From Eledone cirrhosa (lineage: Eukaryota), in NCBI GenBank assembly GCA_964016885.1, contig OZ024753.1, positions 28,954,001-29,018,000 on the forward strand: DNA of 64,000 bases, read 5' to 3'. Positions 1 through 12,519 of this stretch are shown piece by piece (position 1 is the stretch's first letter; each line of letters starts with the position of its first letter). Position numbers and translations under genes: made by a program. The notes under the pieces were generated by a model. It did not search any database. It was not told where the DNA came from and worked only from the letters and a program-made list of their open reading frames with translations.

Positions 1-335
1 GAGGGTGTAAACATCTCGTAGGAACCTCTACAGCCAGCTAAACCCTGTTCAATGTTGTGAGAGAGCGATTGAAGCACTTTAAGGGCGTAAACTTCTCGTA
101 CGATAATCTCTGGTCAGAGGGTGAAAGAAGCAGTTTTAGAATGCATACTTCCCATAGTATTTCCTACAGCCAGCTGAACCCTAGTCACTACAAGCTTAGA
201 GGGCGAGAGAAGCATATACTTCACATAGTATCTCCTATAGCCAAAGAAGCAGTTTTATAGCGTATACGTCCCATATGATGTCCTACGGCCAACTAAACGC
301 TGGTCAGTACCAGTTAAGAGGACGAAAGAAGCAAG
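1..335. repeat. Degenerate tandem repeat (recurring CCTACAGCCAGCTAAACCCT / GAGGGNGAAAGAAGCA motifs)
   Basis: Motifs recur three to four times at roughly 60-120 bp spacing with divergence; the repeat runs off the window start. Confidence 0.55.
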
Positions 336-713
336 TCATTAATGTTGCTGGACTGTCGTCTAAACGGAGGTAAGAGATTGAATGAATGGAGGTAATTCGT
401 TCGTTTTTTGTATATGCGTACCTCGGATAACTCTGTTTAAATAATTATTTAAACGTTTCTGAAGAGAGAAACTAAGAATGTATATCAAGTCTCTAAACAA
501 TGATGAAGTGTCTTAAGACGACGCTGTCAAGTGCATTTCTAAACTTTGCAGTTTTGACACATCTATACGTTGTATCCCTGCTGCCCTCAATATATACATA
601 CACACGTATGTATGTGCATAAGTATATATATACTCATATATTTACGCCTGTATATATATATACACACAGCATGTGTACGCCGGGAGATTCAGCATATACA
701 CACATTCGTAATA

Positions 714-815
714 AAATTCTAATTACCAAAATAAGTATCTGAAATTCTAATTACCAAAATAAGTATCTGAAATTCTAATTACCAAAATAGGTATCTGAAA
801 TTCTAATTACTAAAA
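714..815. repeat. 28-bp minisatellite, about 3.6 copies
   Basis: Unit AAATTCTAATTACCAAAATAAGTATCTG repeated head to tail. Confidence 0.9.
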
Positions 816-857
816 TCTAAGGTTTGCATCTTATTTCCAGAAACAAAATTACTTTAT

Positions 858-934
858 ATATAGAAACGGAATGAGAGTGAGATAACACACGAAATATATT
901 TTGAGACGTGTTATCTCCCTTTCCGTTTCTATAT
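858..934. repeat. Short imperfect inverted repeat
   Basis: ATATAGAAACGGAA..GAGATAACAC pairs with GTGTTATCTC..TTCCGTTTCTATAT. Confidence 0.7.
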
Positions 935-971
935 TTTTTTATTTTTAAATAAATAAAATGTTACCTATAAG

Positions 972-1108
972 TAGAATTGCGGCTTGGCGTGGCGATGCGC
1001 GCAGCGGCTCGGACTTCGTCGGCTACGTATGTATGTGTCGTTTCCATACTATGTGTCGCAAATTCGAATCGTTGTGGTGTGCACGTGGCTACGGCGGCTG
1101 GGACATTT
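972..1108 (+). other. GC/CpG-rich element, copy 1 (paralog at 9423-9560), possible structured RNA
   Basis: Aligns by eye to 9423-9560 (AGAATTGCGGCTT.GCGTGGCGATGC..GCAGCGG.TCGGACTTCGTC...CGAATCG); complementary stems are present. Confidence 0.5.
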
Positions 1109-1239
1109 AGATTCTTAATTTCCATTTTTTTAAACACTTCATCTAGATTCTTAGTTTCTTTATAGACACTTCATTTAGATTCTTAATTTCTTTTTTTTTT
1201 TAGACACTTCATTTAGTTGCTTAGCTTTAGACACTATTT

Positions 1240-3100
1240 ATGGGAGATAACTCTTACTTTGAAAGAGTAACTTCCCTTTATTTTTTCGACATTTTCAAAA
1301 GCATTGTTAGCTTTTTGATTTGGAGACTTCATATATACTTACGTTCTTTATAGTACGTTTTACTCAGTTTCTTGTAGACACTTGATTTCTTTGTTCATTT
1401 TTGTAAAAATAAACTGAACACAATTCGTATATAAGAGATAAACTTTCTTTATTCATTTTTGGCAAAATAAACTGAATACAATTCGTATATAATATGTAAA
1501 TTTTCTTTATTAACAGAAACTACGCCATTCCCACTTGCTACGGCAAACAACACAGCATATGAACTTGAAGGCTGGACATCTGTAAAAAGAAATGAAAGTC
1601 ATTTACGTACGTTATCAATAAAAAGAATATTAAACTTTATAAAATTCACCCGATTTTGTCTTTTATTATATATATATTTAAATAAGAATATAAACTAAGA
1701 ATGTAGATGAAATTTCTTAAAGAAAGAATGTAGATGAAGTGTATAAAGAAGAATGTAATTAGTCCGCACACCCTTGTTTAATTGACAATGTATAAGTTTA
1801 AAATTTTTTATTGACAACGTATGTAAATGATTTTCATAGTTTTTCTTATTTCATTTTTCTTACAGATGTCCAGCCTTCTCGGTCATATGCTGTGTTGTTT
1901 GCCGTAACCACTGAGGGGATGTTTTTACAAGTCGAAGTTTTCTGAACGTGTCTGTTAATAAAAAAAAATATTTACGAAATGTATGAAAAAAGATTTTAAT
2001 AAAAAATCCTTACACATTATTTACGAGTTGTGTTCAGTATATTTTGACAAAAACTATATTAAAATTTCTACATATTGTATACGAGTTGTGTTGTTACTTT
2101 GACAATGAAAAAAATTAGCCTAATAAATGGCTTCTAATTACTTCTCTTTGTAAAAAGTAAAGGGAAGCTACTCTTCAGCATTTTTCTTCCACTCAATCGC
2201 AGAAGGGGCACCCCGTTAATTTTTTTTATTATTTCTTCACTTTAGCGACATCAGTTCCTCGATCCAGGCTCTTAACCATGCATGAGTATCTGATGTCTCT
2301 AAAGTGGAGAAATAAAAAAATTGAAAAATGGCGTCCGTTTCATAAATTTTTTTTCGACATTTTCAAAAACATTCTTAGCTTCTTTATTTAGAAACTTCAT
2401 ATACACTTACGTTCTTTATAGTACGTCTTACTCAGTTTCTTGTAGACTCTTGATTTCTTTATTCATTTTTGTCAAAATAAACTGAACACAATTCGTATAT
2501 AAGAGATAAACTTTCTTTATTCATTTTTGGCAAAATAAACTGTATATAATATGTAATTTTTCCTTTATTAACAGAAACTACGCCATTCCCACTTGTTACG
2601 GCAAACAACACAGCATATGAACTTGAAGGCTGGACATCTGTAAAAAGAAATGAAAGTCATTTACATACGTTATCAATAAAAAGAATATTAAACTTGATAA
2701 AACTCACCCGATTTTGTCTTTCCTTATATATATATTTAAATAGAGGAAACTAAGAATGTATATGAAGTTTCTTAAAGAAAGAAAATAAGAATGTAAATGG
2801 TTATTGGTTACGTAGATTAACAGTTAAAGCGATATCGATCTGGTTAATATTTGATTACGATGATGATATCTAACAAAAAATAATTAACTTCTTCTTAGAT
2901 TGAACTGAAGAGTGGATTTCCTTTACCCTTTACGAAGAGAATTATTAGAATCTATGTATTAGGCTAATTTTTTTCATTGTCAAAGTAACAACACAGCTCG
3001 TATACAATATGTAGAATTTTTTATATTTTTTTGTCAAAATATACTGATCACAACTCGTAAATAATGTGTAAAGATGCTTTTATTAACCAAATCTTTTTCA
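1240..3100. repeat. Mosaic of direct and inverted 200-450 bp repeats (unclassified element)
   Basis: 1281-1728 is directly repeated at 2349-2783; 1795-1910 is the reverse complement of about 1540-1640; 2000-2180 is the reverse complement of about 2905-3095. Confidence 0.8.
2218..2322. repeat. Hairpin with about 35-bp arms and about 35-nt loop
   Basis: AATTTTTTTTATTATTTCTTCACTTTAGCGACATCAG pairs with CTGATGTCTCTAAAGTGGAGAAATAAAAAAATT. Confidence 0.75.
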
Positions 3101-3194
3101 CGTAGAAAATCTTTGATCACGTAGGAAATGAAATATATATATAAAAACATGACCACACAACGATTCTTTGTTGTAGTTATATATTATCAACACC

Positions 3195-4070
3195 TTGCCA
3201 GACTGGAGAAGCAAAAATATTTCGCTTGGTACCAATATTTTACAACAGCAATGTCCTTTCAACGCTCCTGTATGGGTGTGAAATATGGACGGTGAAACCA
3301 AAGCCGATATTTTACTAATTTATTAAATATAACTTGTGCTGAAGTTATATGAAAATACACGAGGAAGAAAGAAATGAACACAGATCGCACACACATGCAT
3401 ATATATATATCTCGACAAGATCCAATACTTCATTCGCTTAACGAGTTGGGTAGAGCTCGTCAAATCGGACCGAGGAATCAATGTTTCCATTGCTCTTTCC
3501 AATTGTTAATAATGTCGGTAGTAAATCCAGACAGAAGGAGCAATGGGAAATTAAGTGTATATATATATTTTTTGTCACATCACCAATCTCACACGACTCC
3601 CAAATGAGAGACATGCTAATCAAATCCTGCATTGCTACCCCCACCACTATGGGAAGAGTAGGTCCCAAGATGATCTGGCTCAAGACGTGGTAGCTTCTAA
3701 GAATTAGTCTAATCTAATTTTTTTCGACACTTTCAAAAACACTCATATTGAAATAGATGGGAGGTGTTGTATTACATTAGAAATACATTACTATGGGAGG
3801 GGTGTCAGTAAGTAAACAAAACTATCATTTAATTATGTGCCTCACAACGTGGGAGTTTTAAGTTTAATCTATCAGTCTGTCCGTTCCCAAATGAGAGACA
3901 TGCTAGACAAGTTCTGTATTGGGAAGACCACGATGAACTGGTGTCAGACAATTGAAAAAGACCTGAAACCCGTCAACAAAAGTTGGAATGATGTATTGAT
4001 AGATGCAACTGACCGTAGTGGTCATTAGATCACTTTGGTTGCCTCATGTGTTTCAAAACGTGGCAGCTTC
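3195..4070 (+). mobile_element. Scattered, degenerate 3' fragments of an RTE-clade LINE, with a partial CORE-SINE at about 3435-3555
   Basis: Translations WRSKNISL..NSNVLSTLLYGCEIW and WCQTIEKDLKPVNKSWNDVLIDATDR are typical RTE C-terminal motifs; related pieces recur at 10480-11030. Confidence 0.7.
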
Positions 4071-4529
4071 TGGCATCATTACAAGACATGAAACTTTATT
4101 AGTTTATGTAACAGTAGCCACCAATATAGTAAGAATATTCATTTAAGTTTTCATATTATATGTATTCGAAATCAACGTGAGGAGGGGTAGCAATAGATAA
4201 ACAAAACTATTGCTTAATTAGTTATTGATGACATTATGGAGGGAAATAAATATACAATATTTCAATAAAAGACTTCAACATAATATAAAGATTTACTTTA
4301 CCTTCGTAAAAATAGTAAAAATCCAAGTTTTTAACGTTTATCTTTTCTACAGGTTGGAAAATATGTCTAAAATTTAAGCAACCATTTTTTTCTGAAATAT
4401 TTACAACAATCGCGCATGCGCAAAAAATTAAACGCCAGTACGCATGCTCATAGAATTTTTCAACATACCCGTATCCATAGTTATAAAAACCGAAAATAAG
4501 TGTAAAATTACACACACATGTACGCCAGG

Positions 4530-5020
4530 TCCGAACACAAACGCACCAAACTCCCACTGACATCACCCTTGTCTCTCTCACCTTTCCCATATATCACTAT
4601 TATGAGCAAATGGGGCACCATGTGCTGGCCACTCCGCAGACAGAATAGAGAAGGCGTTTCCCTGTAGGATGGTAAGGGAGATGCACTGGAAGAGTCATTC
4701 CATCTCGCGAGGCTCACATATTCAGCTAGTCAGTGCTTGACTGCAAACCTGTTGGAGAGTGACCGATATTTGATATAAGTGTCAAGGTCAGCAAGGAGAG
4801 ATGAGTGGCTGTAGTAAGGAGCACTATGAAGTGTGTAGAGGAGCTTCAGCATGGCGAAGCAGTTCCTCAACAAGAAGAGGGCTGGATGGGCATCAATTGT
4901 GCCCAATCTGCTTGTGAGGGTCGTGAGCTCCTGGAGCCTAGACCTGATGGTGGAGTGGATGGTCGGCGGGAGGATCAGCAACCCAAGGATGAGGACACCC
5001 TCTTTAGGGTGACAACGAAC
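4530..5020 (-). mobile_element. Degenerate non-LTR retrotransposon RT fragment, CRE-like
   Basis: ORF 4730-4981 reads LTSRLGTIDAHPALFLLRNCFAMLKLLYTLHSAP, resembling the post-RT LFLLRxCxxxPKLxYxLR motif of CRE-type elements. Confidence 0.55.
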
Positions 5021-5649
5021 TTCTATTGTTGGTGGTGGCTGGTTTTACTAAAATATTACTCAATACTAATAAATGTACATATTACAGCACCTTAGCTTCA
5101 CTATTACCTGTAACAATGTCCTGAATATTTTGGCTTGCCATTAAAAATATTTAGAAGGAAACACCAATATTTTCTGTTCAATGTGTAACAAGGGGTGTGT
5201 CTGTCTTTTCATGTTTTGTTTGGAATTTTTACCTTTCCTTATTTCTGTAATTAATTTCTCTCTATATATATACATTATTTGGCTAGGTTGCCCGATGGCA
5301 AGTGGGGGGTGGGGGGTGCACAGTAGTATTACAGGAGCCCACCGTAGTATTTCAGGGACCCACCATAGAATTTCAGATCCAATGCTTTGCTTTAAAAAGT
5401 CGAAGGAGATAATGTTCCAAATTTTGTTTTTGATATCACTTGGATGACATATGATAAGATAAGGTTGTGATGATGAATATTACTATTTGTCTGGTTTAAT
5501 TTATATCAACCAGCATGGTTAAACAGTAACTAAAATATCCTAGTAATCCCAGTAATGTATTAGTAATTACATATTGAAAAATTGTGTATATTCATTTTTC
5601 CCAATGTGGGGTTTCTTAATTAAGTTTTAACCTTGAATATCAGGTTAAA

Positions 5650-6465
5650 CATGGAAAATAAAAAGCATAAATCTGGATCACTGAAATGTAAAGAGTGACA
5701 TGAAGCAGAAAGGCAGGAGTCAGCCAAGCGGCGCAGGTCTATTACAGACTTTATTATACCGCAACCACCATCCACATCAATGTCCAGTTCGGCAACAAAT
5801 AATCAAGAAGCAAGAAACAAGACCCATGGTGATGATGCAGTGACATGTGAGTTGCAAGAACAGGGAAGGGTTACTTTGATAGTAGAGAAAAATACAAGTG
5901 CATCTTTTCTAATCAACCCAGGCCCAGTACTATTTCTGGCTTCATTGTTCCGGTATCTGTACTACCTGTAGTTGTAACATCTGAGTACATAGCTTTAACT
6001 AGTGACATAATCAGAGATAAATGACATGGTTTCTGAAGCACATTCTGTAAATGAACCTTTACAAGAAAATGAAAGATCAGCTACTGGAATCTTCTAAACT
6101 CCATCACGATTAAATCTGAAACAGTTTTTTGCTGATCATCCATGATGGCCTAGCATTTGATGCTCATTTGTATGAGAGGAAAATTATGAATGACTCAGTC
6201 ACAAGAAAATGGCTTACATATAACAAAGAAAATAGATGCTTATATTGTTTATACTGCTTAGCCTTAGAGTCTCCCAACACCTGTAATCTATCACCCTTTG
6301 TACGTGGCTTTAATTATTACAGGCGTGTTAGCCAGAGCTTGGCTTTTGTAAATAGATGTAGTGACAAGATTTTACAGATGAATATGGATGAAAATCGAAT
6401 TTTGGAAATTGATACTTTGGGAACATCATTGCCAGTTAAAAGACAGGAAGATAAAAAGAATGGCA
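5650..6465 (+). mobile_element. Internally deleted hAT transposase remnant (ZMYM1/TTF zinc-finger type)
   Basis: RKWLTYNKENRCLYCLYCLAL..SPFVRGFNYYRR resembles a TTF-type Zn finger, joined to a C-terminal-like LPVKRQ..KK piece; stops and frameshifts upstream. Confidence 0.65.
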
Positions 6466-6466
6466 G

Positions 6467-7930
6467 ATCATCATTATCATCATCATTTTACGTCCGCTTT
6501 TCCCTGCTTGCAAGGATTGGACGGGTCATATTCAGCACAGCATCTCTCCACCCGTCACGGTCCTTCGTCATCTACTCCATGAGTTTCAGCTATCAACCAC
6601 TCTATAGAACCCACCTGCATTGGAAAAATGAGTCTATCACTGCGATTACTACTGCTAACTTTCCCTGTACATCTACTGCATACGTGGCTTTGCATACTAT
6701 CCCACTTCATCTCTTGTGTACCCAAGATCTGCATTGCGTACATTTTATGGAATTTATGCCAGTTCCTTCCCTACATATCGAACATGGCAATTTCCCTGAT
6801 GGAATCAGAGTATTGTCCACTCTTCTACTTACCAACGCCTTTGTTTTATCTATGTTCACTCTCAGGCCTCTTGATTCCAACTGCTGTTTCCATAGCCAGA
6901 ATTTATTCTATAGCTTCTTTACTGATTCTGCTATAAGAACCAGATCATCAGCATAAAGAAGTTCCCATGGGCATCCAGTCTTAAACTCCTCCGTTATGGC
7001 TTGGAGGACTATAACGAACAAGAGTGGACTGAGGACAGAACATTGATGTACACCTACTTGTATCTGGAATTCTTCACTAAACTCCATTCCTATTCTCACT
7101 TTACTGACAGCACCCCTGTACATAGCTTGCACTGTCCTCACAAGCCATTCCTCAACACTTAGTTTCCTTAGGGGCCACTAGATGACAGATCGGGGTACCC
7201 TATCAAAAGCCTTCTCTAGGTCAGCAAAAGCTAAGTATAGTGGCTTATTCTTCTCTAAGAACCTCTCTTGTAGTTGCCTCACTATGAAGAGGGCATCTGT
7301 TGTACTTTTCCGAGGCACAAAACCAAACTGCATCTCATCTAAATTTACTCTTTCTCTAATTAGTTGCGCTAATATTCTCTCTACCACTTTCATAACCTGA
7401 TCCATCAGCTTTATGCCCCTATAATTGCTCCTCTCTAGAGCATCCCCTTTACCTTTGTAACAATTTATGAGAATACTGCTGCACCAGTCTTTGGGTATGA
7501 CACCACCATATATAGCTTGATTAATGATGCGTGCAACTAGTTTAGTGCCTACTTCTCCTGAAGCCTTCAGCATCTCAGCAACTATCCCTGATGGCCCAGC
7601 AGCCTTACCATTCTTCATTTCCTTAATTGCCTCTTGTACTCTATATTCGTCAATCTCAATAGCTGGTCCCTCTGTTGGGTCTACTGGGGCTAATTCCTCT
7701 CTGTCCCATTCGTTCTCTACATTCATCAGTCTCTCATAATGACATTTCCAGGCCTTCTTCTTTTGATCATTCGTGACACTAAGTATGCTGGCATCATTCC
7801 GGACACACTTATCTCCAACAACATCCTGATTTGCACTGACACACTGCCTTGCAATGCGGAACACCGCACGTCTCTGATCTTCCCGTCGCAGAACATTGGC
7901 AATCCTCCTACTCTCAGCCTCCCTGCTTGT
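6467..7930 (-). mobile_element. 5'-truncated RTE-clade LINE (RT domain plus ATG-repeat tail)
   Basis: ORFs 7178-7864 and 6908-7141 contain GKAAGPSG, NYRGIKL, QFGF, DLEKAFDRV, GVHQxSVLSPLLF and YADD; (ATC)n tail at 6467-6487. Confidence 0.93.
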
Positions 7931-8604
7931 TTAAAAATAAAAAATCGATTTGCGTTTATAGCAGTCTAAATATAAAATCGGAAATGTTCTCAGCATGTCT
8001 TCTAGTAAACCTCTAATCTGGGATGCTACATGATGCGACATATTCTCACCATGTCTTCTAGTTTCGTGTTTGACAGGAGTACACCTCTAATCTGAGATGC
8101 TACATGATACAACATATTCTCCACCTTCAACCATGTTGCTTCGACCACAAACCTAGGATGCGGCGGAGCGAGAGATATTGGCCGAGACTTGACCGACCGC
8201 CAGCGCCAAATTTACCACTGTGCTTAGGTGTATTTAAGCACAGGGCCCCCGTTAGCCAGGATGGCGGGGCACCTTTTTGCTAAACAAATTTTTACGATGA
8301 ACTTTTCAAATGTTTCCAGTCTCATAACTTAACTAACATTGGGTTTTAATTGTCCTAAATCCGACCACCGCTATCTGGGTTCCCTCTTTGTGCCTGTCTC
8401 CGTCGAGATCTCCAGGCTGCCGTTTTCATTTGCTAAATTGAGAAGAGTGCATCCCACCTTAGGAAAGAGCTTCGTGAGGTGGGAGCGGCTGATACTGCGG
8501 GTGTCACTGGCTGTTCTCAGAGACAAAGCTTTTCTGATTTAGTCCACGCGGCCTAGCTAGATATACCACCGAGACTGGGGTGTAGAATTTGATGACCCTC
8601 CTTC

Positions 8605-8860
8605 TCCGCAATCCTAAATATGCGCCTTCGAAGTTTGTGTGCACCCTAGTTCGCCTAAATGGCGGCGCCCTAAAAATTGGTATGTGCCCCAGTTGGCCTA
8701 AATGGCGGCACCAATCCTAAAAATGCGTCCTCAAAGTTTGTGTGCCCCCTAGTTGGACTTGTGGCGGCGCCAATCCTAAAAATGCGCCCTCGGAGTATGT
8801 GTGCCCTAGTTGGCTTTATTTAATAGCAGCGACAATCCTTAAATGCGCCATAGTTAGTTT
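8605..8860. repeat. Degenerate GC-richer tandem repeat, units up to about 60 bp
   Basis: Recurring GTGTGCNCCTAGTTGGCCTAAATGGCGGCGCCAATCCTAAAAATGCG. Confidence 0.7.
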
Positions 8861-8965
8861 TAAGGATACCGCCAATCTTGAATTTCAGACCGAGGTTCGA
8901 TCTCAGAACGAGGCTCAATCTTGGGCGCTTATTCGGTGCAAATTCCATCATTCTTTACCGTTGTA

Positions 8966-9041
8966 TATTGGGTCATCAAGTATGAAATTTGTAGAAATTT
9001 CTTTTTTTTTTTCTACAAATTTCATAATTGACGACCCAATA
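8966..9041. mobile_element. 76-bp Tc1/mariner-type MITE (MADE1-like architecture)
   Basis: TA | TATTGGGTCATCAAGTATGAAATTTGTAG ... CTACAAATTTCATAATTGACGACCCAATA | TA: near-perfect TIRs with a TA target duplication. Confidence 0.75.
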
Positions 9042-9422
9042 TATGTGTTCAAGAACTTCTTTCGAATGAAACAAGGTCATGCTGCCTATAAAAACACACG
9101 CACCTGTTGGATTTCACTTCAATTTATAATAAATTTCCAGTTGGTCTTTCCTTTATTCTGTCCTACACTATCTTGTCTTTGTGTGTGGGTATATATACCA
9201 TTAAGTAAATGTATAGAATAGCGAACCAATGTAACTGACGTAATTAAAAAAAAAAAAAAAAAAAAAGTTTTTTTCGAAATGAGTACCTGTGTTAAGTATA
9301 TATGTATGTGGTATACGTATAGGTATTAATTCTGTATGTGTGTGTATATAATAACCTTATATGTGCTAATTCTATGTATATATAGATGATAACTATAAAA
9401 AAATAAATAAAATGTTACTTAT

Positions 9423-9560
9423 CAGAATTGCGGCTTCGCGTGGCGATGCATGCAGCGGTTCGGACTTCGTCGCATACTTATGTATGGAGTGACCATTCTA
9501 TGTGTCAGAAGATCGAATCGCTGCGAGGACACGCGGCCTAGTTGGCAGCTAGGACTATTT
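9423..9560 (+). other. GC/CpG-rich element, copy 2, possible structured RNA
   Basis: Stems CGCGTG/CACGCG and GCAGCGGTTCG/CGAATCGCTGC, hairpins CATAC-TTAT-GTATG and CCTAGTT-GGC-AGCTAGG. Confidence 0.5.
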
Positions 9561-9919
9561 GCAAGCTGGCTATATGCTGGCCTGCGTCTTACCCCCTATT
9601 GGCTCTAAATTTGATTAGAGTTATCTCCCTTTATTTAGAGTTACTTCCCCTGTATAGAACTCTTCTCTTTCTTAATTTGCTTACGGTACTTTGAAAGAAA
9701 TTCATTTTGTATATATATAGCGAGTCGAATGGTTGGCTGTGTTGTGGTGTTGATTCTTTTGTTGCGTGTGTGCTCACTTGTAGATTGCTGAGTGTTGTTG
9801 TCACTATTGTGTGAGTGTAGGCTAGAGAAACTTGATGTGCCTGATACAGAGTGACCAGAGATTGCATGTATGCAAGTAAGAATCAGTGTTAATTAAGATG
9901 AAGATTACTTGATCACGTA

Positions 9920-9955
<36 letters not shown>

Positions 9956-10006
9956 CATTTCCTACGTGATCAAGTAAGCATCATCTTAATTCAAGTAATC
10001 ATCATC

Positions 10007-10045
<39 letters not shown>

Positions 10046-10219
10046 ACGATATGAAATGTATGTTTTCTAAAAGGTCGAACAAAATCTATATGAAATGTGT
10101 GTTTTATGAAAATGTTAAAAATCTGTATGAAAAGTCGAAATAAAATCTATATGAAATGTATGTTTTTGTAAGTGTCAAAAAAAAAAAATGAGTGTTCATT
10201 ATCATGATGATATGTTGGT

Positions 10220-11080
10220 TCCTTGATCACACAGGAAATGAAATATATAAAACAAACGACGATATTACTAATTTATTATGCCGAACTTATATGAAAATCC
10301 ACGAGGAAGAAAGAAATGAACATAAATGAATCGTGTGACGTTTTTTGTTAAGATGTGTTTGTTTGTAAAAGTATTATTAAAGTTGTATTTACCATATTTC
10401 TGTTGATGTAAAGAACTTCGCTGGCTTATATGAAAGAGAGAGGAGAGAGTAGGGTATGTTCTTTATAAATCTGTATTGGAACCCCCCTCCTTTGGACAGA
10501 GGCAATGAGGATGTCCCAAGATGAACTGGTGCCAGACAAAAAAAAATCTATGCTAAACTTCATTTCATTAAATTGTGTGCATCAACTAACCCCATTAACA
10601 AAACAAACGTTTAAACGATGTATTGATGGATGCAACGGGCCATAGTGGACATTGGAGCACTTTGGTTGCTTCGTGTGTCTCAAGACGTCATAATCAGGTC
10701 CTGTAAAATTAAATAATGTAGATGAAGTGTCTAAAAAAATAAACTAAGAATGTAGATGCAACTGACCATGGTGAACATTGAAACACTTTGGTTGCCTCAT
10801 GTATCTCAAGTCACGACAGTTTTGAGTCTAATCTGTCTGTCTGTCCATTCATCTCACACGACTCCCAAGTGAAAGACATGTTAACCAGGTCCTGTATTGT
10901 TACCCCTTCATAAGAAAGTTGCTAGTGCGTTGGTGTCAAGATGATGTTTTTAATGAATATAATTTCATAATTTAAAGAAAAAATCCAGAGATCAAATCCC
11001 TCAATGTCCCAAGATGATCTGGCACCCAACAGCTGTGCCTATAGTAGAAACAATTATTTAAATTATATAAAAATTTTTGG
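10220..11080 (+). repeat. Diverged paralog of the 3110-4200 region, including RTE 3' scraps
   Basis: Shared blocks TTGATCAC..AGGAAATGAAATATAT, CACGAGGAAGAAAGAAATGAAC, TCTCACACGACTCCCAA and GATGCAACTGACC. Confidence 0.7.
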
Positions 11081-11502
11081 GTGTTTACATACAAATTTGA
11101 AGGTGCATGGGTGAAGTTGTGAGTTCAATTTTTGGACTGGGTGAATGTGTTATGGATCTCGGGAATGTTACCCACCCTAGATATATGTATATATATACAT
11201 ATATATATAGAGAGATTTTGCATATATATGTATACATATATACACATATATATATATATATATACACATATACATATATAGATTTTGTATATATACATAT
11301 ATATATTTATGCATATATATTTATACATATATATATATATATATAAATGTTTTGAACATAGTTTTGATTATTCTCTAATTTATATTCCAGCCCTGTAAAA
11401 CATCTGATGTATTTACATTGAGCTATTTTTCTTACTGGTAATAAGGGGGTAATGAATTACAGACCTTTCCTGTTTATAATTATATATAGTGTATATATGA
11501 CA

Positions 11503-11558
11503 GAATTAGCCGTCGAAACGGCTTGAGCTCAGCCGTCGGGGTCTTACTTGTTCCTATA
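11503..11558 (+). mobile_element. Penelope-like terminus carrying the 3' half of a hammerhead motif
   Basis: GAAA-CGGC-ttgagctca-GCCG-TC-GGGG next to TA-rich DNA; same family as 29470-29590. Confidence 0.6.
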
Positions 11559-11599
11559 GTGTATATATAAGTATAAATATTATTATTATATATATATAT

Positions 11600-12210
11600 A
11601 CAAATAAAGTGACCGAGGGACCATGTTGACATTATGCAGGACATTTGTTGTAAGCCGCCTGAAACCCCATGGAGCTTGAGGCAATCCAACAAAGCTTCAC
11701 AAAGAGGATTGCCACAATGAAGGAGACGAGCTATTGGGAGAGGCTAAAAGAACTGAACCTCTACTCCTTGTAACGAAGACGGGAGAGATACGCAGGGAGA
11801 TACATATGGAAATTCCTGGAAGGGCTATCACCAAACTATGGCACAGAGAGATGAACCAACCCTCAAATGGGACGTCACTGTCTGGTGCCAAAGGTCCCGT
11901 CTTCCACATCTAGAATAAGGAACAGATATTGCAATAGCCTGGGGTTCAAAGGCCCTCAACTTTTCAACAAACTGCCAAAAAATTGGAGATATCTACATGG
12001 TGTGGACGTGAATGTTTTCACACTGCTATCCAGGATCCCAAGTGAGCCCACAGCACTGTATGAAGGCAACATAAGGGCAGCAGCAACGAACTCCCTCTTA
12101 CATCAATGGCCAGCCAACACAGGCTGGAGATAGCATGTGTAGCAACAAGGGTGGTGCCCCAGCATGGCTTCAGCCAGATGGCTTTAACAGGTTTCAAAGT
12201 AAAAGAGTAA
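11600..12210 (+). mobile_element. CR1/L2-type LINE 3' fragment
   Basis: Translation LEAIQQSFTKRIATMKETSYWERLKELNLYSL*RRRERY and GPQLFNKLPK; ends at a TA-rich tract. Confidence 0.8.
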
Positions 12211-12519
12211 TATATATATAAATATATAAATGTAAATATATATATAAATAAATATAAATATAAATATATATATAAATAAATATAAATATATATATAAATA
12301 AATATAAATATAAATAAATATATATATATATATATATTTATTCAAATATAAATGTATATATATAAATATACTTCGTTTTTGTATTTGTTTTGCGAGATTT
12401 CTTATCTGAAAATATGTTGAAACAGATATTGTTATATTTTGGGAGGGTCATGTTGCCAATAAAAACACATGCACCTGTTGGTTTTCACTTCAATTTATTA
12501 TAAATTTCCGGTTGGTTGG

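Noticed and set aside
4234-4590. 118-aa minus-strand ORF as a viral or host protein
   Set aside because: No recognisable motif; AT-rich and spans a repeat junction.
6129-6956. 275-aa ORF as a gene
   Set aside because: Chimera of an hAT remnant read through into the antisense strand of the RTE insertion.
12395-12430. CTGAAAA..GAAA as a hammerhead
   Set aside because: Core mismatch and no convincing stems II or III.
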